Below are positions 1 through 9,300 of a DNA stretch of 32,000 nt, piece after piece. The stretch spans positions 450,001-482,000 of the forward strand of contig NC_017448.1 of the NCBI RefSeq assembly GCF_000146505.1, in the 5' to 3' direction. Source of the stretch: Fibrobacter succinogenes subsp. succinogenes S85 (lineage in GTDB: Bacteria; Fibrobacterota; Fibrobacteria; Fibrobacterales; Fibrobacteraceae). Below the pieces are notes generated by a model that worked only from the letters and a program-made list of their open reading frames with translations, searched no databases and was not told the origin of the DNA. Position numbers and translations under genes: made by a program. The first letter of the stretch is position 1. Each line of letters starts with the position of its first letter.

Positions 1-159
1 AAACAGGTGAACGGCTACTGGACCACGCTCAAGCAGACAATGACTAACGTCCAGACAAACCACAAGACCATCTACGAAGTCAAGAACCTCAAATACGATG
101 AAAAGGTCAACGAGAGCTACTTCACTGTAAGCGCTCTTGAACGTGAACAGATTAAGTAG
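1..159 (+). CDS. 3' end of a gene cut by the window edge; possibly a LolA-like outer-membrane lipoprotein-sorting protein
   Basis: Frame 1 is open from nt 1 to TAG at 157-159 (...KTIYEVKNLKYDEKVNESYFTVSALEREQIK*). It ends 20 nt upstream of the RND gene. The family call rests on only 52 residues plus context next to an MMPL/RND exporter. Confidence 0.4.
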   Translation, partial: KQVNGYWTTLKQTMTNVQTNHKTIYEVKNLKYDEKVNESYFTVSALEREQIK

Positions 160-179
160 ATAGAAAAGGACAGCAAAAT

Positions 180-2579
180 ATGAAAGTCGAAAAATTCAAC
201 AAATTTTTCGGCAAGATCGGACAGGCGCAAATTCGCAACCGCTGGAAGATTCTTGCCGGATTGCTTATTGTCACGGTCATTTGCTGTTTAGGCTTGAGCA
301 ATTTTTCGCTAGCGCTTGGCGAAGAAGGCTGGTTCGGCAACTCCGATGAAATAACCATCAACACTAAGAAATATGAAGAAACCTTCGGAAACCTGAACGG
401 GATTGGCGTCCTTGTCGTAAAGCAAGGCGAAGGCGATGTCTTTAGCGAAGACATGCTGAAGGTCATCGAAAAAATCGGCAACCGCATGCGTGATGAAATT
501 CCGTTTGCAGACCGATTGACCTCCATCGTCGAAGTCGATATTCCAGTCGGCAATGACGAAGGATTTTCGATTGTAAAGCCCTATGAAAACGGCATTCCTT
601 CGGATTCCGAAGGGCTTGCCAAAGCGCGTGCTCTCGTGATGCGCGGGAGCGAAAAGACGAACGCACTCATCAATTCGCTTGTCAGCGATGATGGCAAAGA
701 AACGTGGATTTCCCTTTCACTCCATCCATTCACAGGAAAAGAGCTCGAAGAAAAGTACGGTGGGGACAACACCGAAGTTTCAACAGACATCGGCTACAAG
801 CTGATGAACATCATCGAAAGCGAAGAATTCCAGAACAAAGGATTCAAGCTTTACGGTGGTGGTATGCCATACGACAGCGCCAACGAAGACCGTTACGAAG
901 TTCCCGAATACGGTGTAAGAGTCCTCTGCAGCATTGTCGTGATGCTCTTGTTCTTGGCAATTTGCCTGCGCAACGTCTTTGGCGTGATTGTTCCAGCAGT
1001 GGCAACAATCAGCGCTATCGCCACAGTTTTTGGAGCGATGTCGTTTTTTGGAGAAAAAGCAGACTCCGCTCTTGTGACTTTACCGGTTGTCCTTGGCATG
1101 GCACTTGCCGTCGGCTATTCCGTACACTACATCAAGATGTTCAAGTTGCATTTTAGACGCACGGGCAAGCGCAAGGAATCTGCCATCAAGTGCGTCGAGG
1201 AATGTGGATGGCCAGTACTGTTCACGGTTCTTACGACCATGGCATCATTTATCAGCTTCCTGTTCGTGAACATGAAGCCCCTAGAATGGATGGGTAAGAC
1301 ATCCGCGTTTATCGTGCTCGCGATTTACATCTACGTTACCGTGCTCATCCCGATTCTGCTCTCGTTCGGCAAGGACCGCGCGCCCAGAGCTACTCAAGTG
1401 AACGGAGCTACAAAACTGGATCTCTCTTTTTCGAGATGGTCTAAGTTTGTCCACGACAGAAAGAAATCGTTCATTGTCATTAGCGCATTGGTTATCGCCG
1501 CATTCATTCCAGGGATGTTCAAAATCACGGCACAGCTCGATTACCTGACCATCACGGGCGACAAAATGCCATACATTCAAGAAGTCAAAAAAATGTTGGC
1601 ACAAAAACTCGGCAATCAGTACAGCTACACAGTCATGATTTCTTATGATGAAGAAGGTGCATTCAAGAAGCCCGAAAACATGAAAGCGCTCGTGCAGCTC
1701 GAAGATTATCTCGGCACGCTCTCGCTCACCAAATGGTCGGGCGGAAAGGCCCGCATTACCTCGGCGACAAGCATCCTGAAAGAAATGAACCGCGCCCTCA
1801 ACGAGGGCAAGGATTCAATGTACACCGTCCCTGAAGACGAATACGTACTTGCACAGCTGATGGAACTTTCTTCTATCGAAATGCACAACGACTTCAGCGA
1901 TGTCATGGATGACGATTTTAAGACAACCGTTGTCAGCGTGGACATGACGCAGTTCGCCACAGAAGAAGCGCTTGCCAACATGGACGCTTTGAAGGCAAAA
2001 CTTGCCGAACTTTTCCCAGGCGCCAAATGCACCTTGCTTGGCGACATGATCCGCTATTCCGAAATGAGCAACCGCATTATCTTTGGTGGCCTGAAATCCT
2101 TTGGTTTCTCACTTGTCATCATCGCCATCATGCTCGTTTTCGCATTCTCTAGCCTTAAGCTCGGCCTTATCGGCATGATTCCGAACGTGGCTCCGGTCAT
2201 TCTCGTGGGTGGAGTCATGGGGTATTTCAATTATGCCCTTGACTTCAGCACCATTACCGTGATGCCCATGATTTTGGGTATTGCCGTTGACGACACCATC
2301 CATTTGACGACACACCTGAAAATGAAACATGAACAAATGGGTTCTAGCGAAAAGGCCATGGAAGCGACCTTCCGCGAAATTGGAGCCACCATGTTCCTGA
2401 CAACCATTATTCTGTGTTCCATGTTCAGCGTTTATCTGTTCAGCCCCATGCACTTCTTGGAAGTTCTCGGAGTCCTCATTATCGTCGGCCTTTCAAGTGC
2501 ATTGATTGCCGACTACACGATTACCCCCGCCCTTTTACATGTGGCAAAACCCTTTGGCAAAGAAAAGGAGGAAGTATGA
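180..2579 (+). CDS. MMPL/RND-superfamily exporter (HpnN-like 'predicted exporter')
   Basis: 799-aa ORF with ATG at 180 preceded by AAAAGGA. An N-terminal TM helix is followed by a large soluble loop and a TM cluster (about aa 250-400). A second soluble loop and second TM cluster (about aa 640-790) follow, giving the duplicated RND/MMPL topology. Confidence 0.85.
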   Translation: MKVEKFNKFFGKIGQAQIRNRWKILAGLLIVTVICCLGLSNFSLALGEEGWFGNSDEITINTKKYEETFGNLNGIGVLVVKQGEGDVFSEDMLKVIEKIGNRMRDEIPFADRLTSIVEVDIPVGNDEGFSIVKPYENGIPSDSEGLAKARALVMRGSEKTNALINSLVSDDGKETWISLSLHPFTGKELEEKYGGDNTEVSTDIGYKLMNIIESEEFQNKGFKLYGGGMPYDSANEDRYEVPEYGVRVLCSIVVMLLFLAICLRNVFGVIVPAVATISAIATVFGAMSFFGEKADSALVTLPVVLGMALAVGYSVHYIKMFKLHFRRTGKRKESAIKCVEECGWPVLFTVLTTMASFISFLFVNMKPLEWMGKTSAFIVLAIYIYVTVLIPILLSFGKDRAPRATQVNGATKLDLSFSRWSKFVHDRKKSFIVISALVIAAFIPGMFKITAQLDYLTITGDKMPYIQEVKKMLAQKLGNQYSYTVMISYDEEGAFKKPENMKALVQLEDYLGTLSLTKWSGGKARITSATSILKEMNRALNEGKDSMYTVPEDEYVLAQLMELSSIEMHNDFSDVMDDDFKTTVVSVDMTQFATEEALANMDALKAKLAELFPGAKCTLLGDMIRYSEMSNRIIFGGLKSFGFSLVIIAIMLVFAFSSLKLGLIGMIPNVAPVILVGGVMGYFNYALDFSTITVMPMILGIAVDDTIHLTTHLKMKHEQMGSSEKAMEATFREIGATMFLTTIILCSMFSVYLFSPMHFLEVLGVLIIVGLSSALIADYTITPALLHVAKPFGKEKEEV

Positions 2580-3979
2580 ATAAGCATTCTTTTTTAACGG
2601 CGATCACCCCCGCTATTGCATTAGCGGCAATCACCCTCTTTTCCGCACCTACGCTTTATGCGCAAGAAACCACATTTAACGGAAGCCTTACGACCAAAGC
2701 AGGCGTAAGCCTTGCCAATTCACACGATCTGAAACACGATTTTGTGCTAGGCCAGACGATTTTCGACGGTACCATCAAAACGTTCTTTGACGAAGGCATG
2801 GTTTACGTGAACGGTCAATTGGTCCACGATGCCATCGGTACCCAAGCTTCAAACGGCATGTCCGGATTCGTCGCCGATGACGGTTCCTTCGCCTTGAAGC
2901 TGAGAGAAGCCTACATCGACTGGAAAACCGGAATATTTGCGCTCCGTATCGGTCGCCAGATTGTCTCGTGGGGTAAAGCCGACGACATCCAGATTACAGA
3001 TGTCGTGAGTCCCTTTGATGAATCAAGCGTCGTCGCAAATGACTACAACGAATCCAAGCTCGGAGTCGATGCTGTCCGCCTGTCTGTTTTGACAGACAAA
3101 GCACAAGTTGATGCGTATTACATTCCGTTCTTTACACCGAGTATTCTCCCGATAGCATCGAAGAACCCTCTCCGCTCGCGCGTATTCCCGAGTAACGTAG
3201 ATGGACTTGATGTTTACAGTCCGTATTACTACGACAATTTTGATTTACCCAAGAAGCGTCTTTCCAACAGCGAATACGCGCTCCGCGCAAGCCTCTACAC
3301 TTCTGTGATGGACTTGTCGCTGTACGGATTCTACGGTTGGGACGACACGCCGTTCTTCAAATACAGCCCTCTGATGTACGAAGATGCCAATGACGATCCA
3401 AACCTTGAAGGATTCACCGTTTCAGGGAAATACAGACGTATGGCTATGGTCGGTGCCGATGCGGCAATCCCCGTTGGTGACTTCGTATTCCGTCTGGAAA
3501 CAGCTTACTTCCCTAAGCGCCATATCCAGACATCTGCCGATTACCAGATTGAAAAAAGCCTCAATGAAGAACATAGCTACACAAGCAGGCGCAGGGACCA
3601 GCTCTTAAGCCTTGTCGGTGTCGACTGGACTTACTCCTTCCCGATTATTGGTAGTTTGACCATTACGGCACAGTATATTTCGGACTACGTTTTCAACTAC
3701 AAGAACTATTTGGACCGCAAGCGATACGAACATCAGGTAACACTCAGCGTCGAAAAGTCGTTCTTGAACGAAACGCTTACCGTTTCTGGCTCTGGAGCAC
3801 TTGAATTTTGCGCTTGCTCTGCAGCAGGCGAAGTTGAAGTCGATTACCAGCTCAATGACGCCATTACACTCAGTATGATTGGCGACATTTATATTAAAGG
3901 AACCCAAGGCAGGGATGGCACGTACGGTCTATACCGAGACTTCAGCAGCTTGACTCTCAAGGGCAAAGTTTCGTTTTAA
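2576..3979 (+). CDS. DUF1302-like outer-membrane beta-barrel protein
   Basis: The true start is taken as ATG 2576, with AAGGAGGA 5 nt upstream and an ATGA overlap with the RND stop. Signal peptide MNKHSFLTAITPAIALAAITLFSAPTLYA/QE. The motif LREAYIDW...LRIGRQIVSWGKADD is typical of DUF1302. The protein has alternating beta-strand character and a C-terminal Phe (KGKVSF). The ORF-track extension 2414-2575 lies inside the RND gene and was discarded. Confidence 0.7.
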   Translation: MNKHSFLTAITPAIALAAITLFSAPTLYAQETTFNGSLTTKAGVSLANSHDLKHDFVLGQTIFDGTIKTFFDEGMVYVNGQLVHDAIGTQASNGMSGFVADDGSFALKLREAYIDWKTGIFALRIGRQIVSWGKADDIQITDVVSPFDESSVVANDYNESKLGVDAVRLSVLTDKAQVDAYYIPFFTPSILPIASKNPLRSRVFPSNVDGLDVYSPYYYDNFDLPKKRLSNSEYALRASLYTSVMDLSLYGFYGWDDTPFFKYSPLMYEDANDDPNLEGFTVSGKYRRMAMVGADAAIPVGDFVFRLETAYFPKRHIQTSADYQIEKSLNEEHSYTSRRRDQLLSLVGVDWTYSFPIIGSLTITAQYISDYVFNYKNYLDRKRYEHQVTLSVEKSFLNETLTVSGSGALEFCACSAAGEVEVDYQLNDAITLSMIGDIYIKGTQGRDGTYGLYRDFSSLTLKGKVSF

Positions 3980-3993
3980 CTAATTTATTATTA

Positions 3994-4008
3994 CCCCCGC
4001 AAGGGGGG
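3994..4008 (+). other. GC-rich hairpin with GNRA tetraloop between the two barrel genes
   Basis: CCCCC-GCAA-GGGGG(G). No clean U-tract follows (ACTATTTGG), so it is more likely an intra-operon stabiliser or attenuator than a full terminator. Confidence 0.4.
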
Positions 4009-4025
4009 ACTATTTGGATTAAAGA

Positions 4026-5010
4026 ATGTTTTGTATGAATAAGTTTATTTCAATCTTATTAATGACCGTTTGCAGTACTGCACTTTTTGCCGAAGAAACA
4101 TCGTCAAAAGAGAAATCGCCATTAAATTATTCATTGTTGACATCGCTAGGATATTATCCAGAGACAACCCCCAAAACGGGTTCATCGCACTTCTCAGGAA
4201 TCAGCGGTATTTACGACGGCATTGAATTCGTTACTGAATTTGATGCCACCTACACCATGCCGTTTTTAAATGGTTCCGATGAACTTACCGCAGACAACCA
4301 TTTAACATTTAACCTCGGGGTAGAACTCTCCCCTGTCACCGTTGCACCTTTAGCGTCTGTAACATTCTCACCGATTGCATTCCTCGAATTCGCTATCGGC
4401 GGAATCATAGGCACAGGTTGGGGACTCACCGATGACATACAAGGTCTCGCCAAGCTTAACGAATCCAAGCCCAAATACGAGGACTTGACTCCATTTGCCC
4501 ACTGGTATTTTTATACCTGGGCAAGCGGTTGCTTTATGTTCGACTTGGCTGCTGTTTGGGAAGGCGATTGGCACCACGTCGTCGCAACAGCCTCATACAA
4601 AGTCGGTTACCAAAAAATGACGGGAACAAAATCATCCGTCTGGACATGGAGAAACACCTACGGCCAGGCTAGCGGATGGGTGTACGAACAGGAATATTTC
4701 CTGGGCTACCAGATGCCGCTCAAGGTCTCAACGGTTGGTGTCGGTACAACAACTTTGGGGAAATTACCAAGCAAGCGATTACGGCAACTTCTCGCGCAAT
4801 TACGAAGGCGACTTTATGACCATAGACATTTGGCCCATGGTAGAAGTAAAGCTCAGCGAAAAAGACATGTTATATGCGCTAGCCGACTTTAGAGGCCGTC
4901 GCAGTTTCCTTGAAAAATACAAAGACGATGCGCACGAACCCTTCATGACCAAGACAGGTCGAGAATGGTACTTCTACGCCCTTGGCTTCCAGTGGAAGCA
5001 CACGTTCTAA
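4026..5010 (+). pseudogene. Second outer-membrane barrel/lipoprotein-like gene interrupted by a +1 frameshift near 4731-4746
   Basis: ORF 4026-4892 has a signal peptide (MNKFISILLMTVCSTALFA/EE) and barrel-like sequence up to ...YQMPLKVSTVGV. It then turns into Arg-rich junk (KRLRQLLAQLRRRLYDHRH...). ORF 4735-5010, in the frame shifted by +1 and with only a TTG 'start', continues barrel-like (SVQQLWGNYQASDYGNF...) and ends with an OMP-type C-terminus (YALGFQWKHTF). Confidence 0.6.
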
Positions 5011-5013
5011 AAA

Positions 5014-5448
5014 CTAAATTCCAGTAGAGCCAAAGCCACCGCGGTCGGCGCCATCAAGCGCGCCTTCCACGAACGTGAGCGTTGGCTGTATTTCCATAAT
5101 GCGGAACTGCGCTATGCGGCTCCCTTTTTCAATGATGACATCACGGGTCGCATACACGGGCATTTTCCACCAGTCATTTGCGCCGCAGTAGCTAGAATCG
5201 ACAACGCCCACAGAATTCGCCTGCAAAATGCCGTAGTTCTTGAACGTAGAACTGCGAGGAGCGATATGAGCCTCGTAGCCTTCGGGCAATTTCATCGCAA
5301 CCCCCAAGTGAATCAGGCGAAACTCCCCCGCCTTGAGCGTTACGGTCTCTGCCGCCGCCAAGTCAATCCAGTCAGACTTGCCGCCGACATAGGTAAGTTT
5401 CGGAATTGATTCGTCGAGATACTGAATTTTAATTGTCTGTGACGCCAT
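5014..5448 (-). CDS. dut: dUTP diphosphatase
   Basis: 144 aa with trimeric dUTPase motifs (AGEFRLIHLGV, IAPRSS, GVVDSSYCG, RIAQ) and a C-terminal RGGFGSTG motif. Confidence 0.95.
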   Translation of the reverse strand: MASQTIKIQYLDESIPKLTYVGGKSDWIDLAAAETVTLKAGEFRLIHLGVAMKLPEGYEAHIAPRSSTFKNYGILQANSVGVVDSSYCGANDWWKMPVYATRDVIIEKGSRIAQFRIMEIQPTLTFVEGALDGADRGGFGSTGI

Positions 5449-5463
5449 ATCGCAATTATCAAA

Positions 5464-6336
5464 TTACTTCTTTTTCTTGGCAGGCTTTTTCTTTTTATCG
5501 CCCATCTTGACGCGGCGAGAACCCGAACGGATACGGTCCCACGGTGCAAAAGAGAGCGTACTGAAAGTAAAGCCAAAGAACCATACGTTAAAAGCCACCC
5601 AAAGAAAGGCAGCGCAGCCGATTCTCTTTGCATCCACGACAACGCTCATGTCGACCACAAGAGCAGAAATGGCAAGCAGCGAAGAAATGAGGACTGGAAC
5701 CAACAGTTTTTTGCCCGCCTTAACAAGAGCGCCCGCCTTCGGAGAGCCATCTCCAAGTTCCTTGCCAGCGACTAGCGCACAAGCCATTACTCCAGAAAAC
5801 GCAATAGCGCTAAGGACAGCCCACATCAGCCAAGCCTTGCCAATCATCATAGGGAACCAGCTTACAAAGCCCGTGAGCAACAGCCACGAAAGGACAAACG
5901 GGAACAAAGCACAGGCGACGCTCCACTTTACAAAGGCGACGAACAAGAGTGCAAGCCCTGCAATCACGGCAAAGAACATGAGAAGCATGTCTTCGTCTCC
6001 GCCCAAGGCATAAAGAGCGCCCAAAAAGGCAACCAATGCAATCAGGCCGGCAAAGCCACCACGCACTCCGCCAAAGACAAAGTAGAGGACGAGCATTGAG
6101 AGACCGGCAACAAAGAGGTACTGCGTTGAATGCCAAGCCGAAACGACATTCGTGAACTTTGCAATCCACATGCCAAGCGCTTCAGATGCACCCAACGGAA
6201 GTGATGCCATCTGCTGCCACCCAGTCACAAGGAAAGCGGCAGCAAAACCAATCATCAGCAGTACAAAAATCAAGCGAAAGCGGAGGGAAAGCTCCAAAAG
6301 CTTTTGCACTTTGCCCGGTTTTTCACGTAATTCCAT
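5464..6336 (-). CDS. Polytopic inner-membrane protein of unknown function with a poly-Lys C-terminus
   Basis: 290 aa with about 7-8 hydrophobic helices and the tail ...RRVKMGDKKKKPAKKKK. Its ATG (6334-6336) lies 4 nt after the stop of the C25 gene (TAA 6341-6343), implying co-transcription. Confidence 0.75.
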   Translation of the reverse strand: MELREKPGKVQKLLELSLRFRLIFVLLMIGFAAAFLVTGWQQMASLPLGASEALGMWIAKFTNVVSAWHSTQYLFVAGLSMLVLYFVFGGVRGGFAGLIALVAFLGALYALGGDEDMLLMFFAVIAGLALLFVAFVKWSVACALFPFVLSWLLLTGFVSWFPMMIGKAWLMWAVLSAIAFSGVMACALVAGKELGDGSPKAGALVKAGKKLLVPVLISSLLAISALVVDMSVVVDAKRIGCAAFLWVAFNVWFFGFTFSTLSFAPWDRIRSGSRRVKMGDKKKKPAKKKK

Positions 6337-6340
6337 TATT

Positions 6341-9300
6341 TTACCTCGATATCAATAGCTTTTGTTTTTTGGTCCAAGTTTGAGTTTTGCTCTTCATTTT
6401 TGTGTCCGATGAGCTGTTCACTATTCTAGTCTTGCTACGGACAACATAGTGATACAAACCATTTGCGAGCAGACGTCCATAATTGTCACGTCCATCCCAT
6501 TGCGTTACACCGGATTTGGCATTCTTGATAACCTTGACAAGTCTGCCATGCTGGTTGTAAATAAAGATATTCACATCCGATTCAACACCGACTGCAAGAT
6601 TCTTGAAGTAGAACGTGGTACCCTTCTTGCCCATCGGATTCGGAACGTTAAACACGTCGGCAAGCCCGGCCTGCATCGCTTCCGTAATTTCGATATTCAA
6701 AATCTTTATTGACACATTGCCAAGGACATCCATCGCACGAACCTTGAACGTGTAATTGCCAGGCGGATAAGTTTCCGTCGTAAAGGACTTACGTACAACA
6801 GCTCGCTTGGAGGATTGTTCCAGGAATAGCGTCGGGTGATACGAATTTTCAAGGCCGAACATTTCAAACGTGATTCCTTCATCAGCCTGTTCGCGATAAT
6901 CCAAAGCCGTTTCGTCTTCAACGACTACCTGCAAGCATGCCGGAGTCAAAAGCTTGACAAACTGGTTATCGGCAAAAGAAGTTGACTCGTTTGCATTGCA
7001 CAGCTGGATCTTGATTGTCGGCGGAGCCTTGTCATTCAAGGAATCCGCATAATTCGAGATTCCGGTTATCTTGATGTTCTTTTCAAAGTATCGACCAACG
7101 GCAACATCATTCGAGGAATAGGCCCAGCCACGCAATTCAGCCAGTGAATCACCGATGTTCAACTTTTTCGGGGTCACAAATTCTGTTTCAAAACGTCCAC
7201 CGACAACAGGAACAACTTCGGAATAAATAAGCGGCCCATCGTACTTGACATCGGCATAATTTGACGTTGAAATCATGTCGAGGCGCTTGGTAAAGCGGCC
7301 TTCCCTAAGCGTCAAGGCGATATTTCCAGACGACATGCCAGATACCTTTCCAGACAATTTAATCTTTTCCAGAGCCTTGATCGAATCCAACGGAGAATCC
7401 ATCGAGACCTTCAATTCGGCAAGAGGCATGCGGATGACCGGTTCACCCATATAGACATAGTGTTCCGAGTTGTAGACGTTATTCGTATATGTCGGCACAC
7501 TCTTTGAATGCAGGAATACGTTATCCTTAGCCTGCATATAGGCAACACCAAGATAGTTGCCATCCTTGAGCAAAGCAGGGCCGATAAAGTTCTTTGCAAA
7601 GACTTCATTGGGTTTCGCATATGTTTCACGGGCAGCACCGACAGCGGCAATAGCACCCGCATTAGGCAAAAGCACAAAAGCTTCTGTCATCGATTTTGAA
7701 CCGCCCTCGTCAAAGCGGCCCACCGTGCATGAGAACGAGTTCAGCACCGTATAGCGTTTTTCATTCGAAAGCTTCGGGAGGTACGAAAGTTTCATCAACC
7801 CTTCAGATGCCCAGGCCACCTTGGAACCATGCCCGTAGAAGACAGTCATCAACGCACCCTGGTTCAACATATTCAAAAAGTCATTGGCGGCTTCCTGCTT
7901 CTGTTCGGCGGCATCGGCCTCGTAATTCAGGAGATAGACCTTCTTCATGTTCATGCGGAATCCCTGAGATTCTGCAGTCGTATCAATCAAGTTCGCAAGG
8001 TTTTCCTGATAAATAGTATGGTCCATCGGGTCTGCCGAACCAGCGTTCCTATCGTCATCGGCAGCAAGCAACAAGGTAGACTTCCATTCACCGTGGTCAA
8101 AGCGACCAATATAATCGTAGTCCTTGGCCTTGTCTATGTAATCCTCAAATTCCTGAACAGTTGTCACTGGCAAGCGTCCCAAAGCAAGGTCAACGTCATA
8201 CGTCTTGCCGCTACGGACAACTTCGCCAGAATCAAGAACCGCAAAGAAGTCTTCCGTTACAGAGGCTTCCTTTTCAAAGGGAGGTATGTAGTTTTCACCA
8301 ATATTCGCCTTGCCACGGTAATCGTAATTGCCACCGCCGGCAAGCAACACAAAACGCAAATCCGGGCAAACACTGCGAGCATAAGCGATATAGTTTCTAA
8401 TCGCAATCGGAGAAAGCGCACCACCCGTATAATGCCTATAAATATTTTCAGCAGAGACAACAGCAGTCACAAGCTGGCTTGCAGACTTTTCACTTGAACG
8501 GAACACAGCCAAAGACTCAGCCTGTGCAAGGAATACATCAGGCGTTATAATGAGGTACTCCGTCTTCGACGAAATCTGCGAGAGTTTCTGGACGGCATTT
8601 TTAGAAGGAGCGGCAACACCCTTCAGGCTCAGCGCTTTACGTCGATTGCCATTGTTGAACAGCAAATAGCGGACGTCCTCATTTGCGCCGATGCTGTCTA
8701 TAGCCTCGCCATCAGTAATCTTCAAAAGCCCAACAGGAGCGAAGTCCTTAAACTTCATCACGCGAAGATCAGAATCTGTCCCCACCGGAATGCGGATAAC
8801 GCCAGTTGCAAAGCCAGGCAAGAGCCATTCAGATGAATCAATGGAGACCTTAGCCGGCTCCCACTGGTACGCCACAGAATAACCGTCAAAGCGGTCATGC
8901 TGGTACGAATTATCGTAAATCGTCAGTTCAAATTTGTTACCGTCCGATTTCAAGTCACTTGTCGGAATGCCAAAATTACCGCCCGGCAAAATATCACCCG
9001 AAGCCCAGTAGAAAGAATCCGATTTCAATTTTGAATACGATATTCCGTTCACCTTCAAGTTAAAGACAATGGGATTTATACGCTTCTCGTACGTGCTATC
9101 CGAAAACATCATGCTGGCACTCTGCGAGCGAAGCGGGAAGAACGAGAGAGCGACAAAGCCCTTGCCACCGGAAACAAGTCCAGGCAACCGGGTCGTCGTC
9201 TTAAAATCCAGATCAGCGGAGGAAAGGGATAGCGTATCGCCAAATTCGCGCCACTTCCAAAAATATTCCTTACCGGTTGTCTTTTCCCAGTCAACGACTC

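Noticed and set aside
2414-2575. N-terminal extension of the DUF1302-like ORF
   Set aside because: It lies wholly inside the RND gene in another frame. The signal peptide begins at the ATG at 2576, which has a strong AAGGAGG SD sequence.
4735-5010. 91-aa ORF as an independent gene
   Set aside because: The 'start' is TTG with no SD sequence, and the product has no signal peptide. It supplies exactly the missing OMP C-terminus of the upstream ORF, so it is better explained as the downstream half of a frameshifted gene.
5477-6013. 178-aa + strand ORF inside the membrane-protein gene, plus several + strand ORFs inside the C25 gene (for example 7829-8497 and 9422-9910)
   Set aside because: These are antisense to long genes with coherent TM or domain structure. 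They have no SD sequences or motifs and are treated as shadow ORFs.
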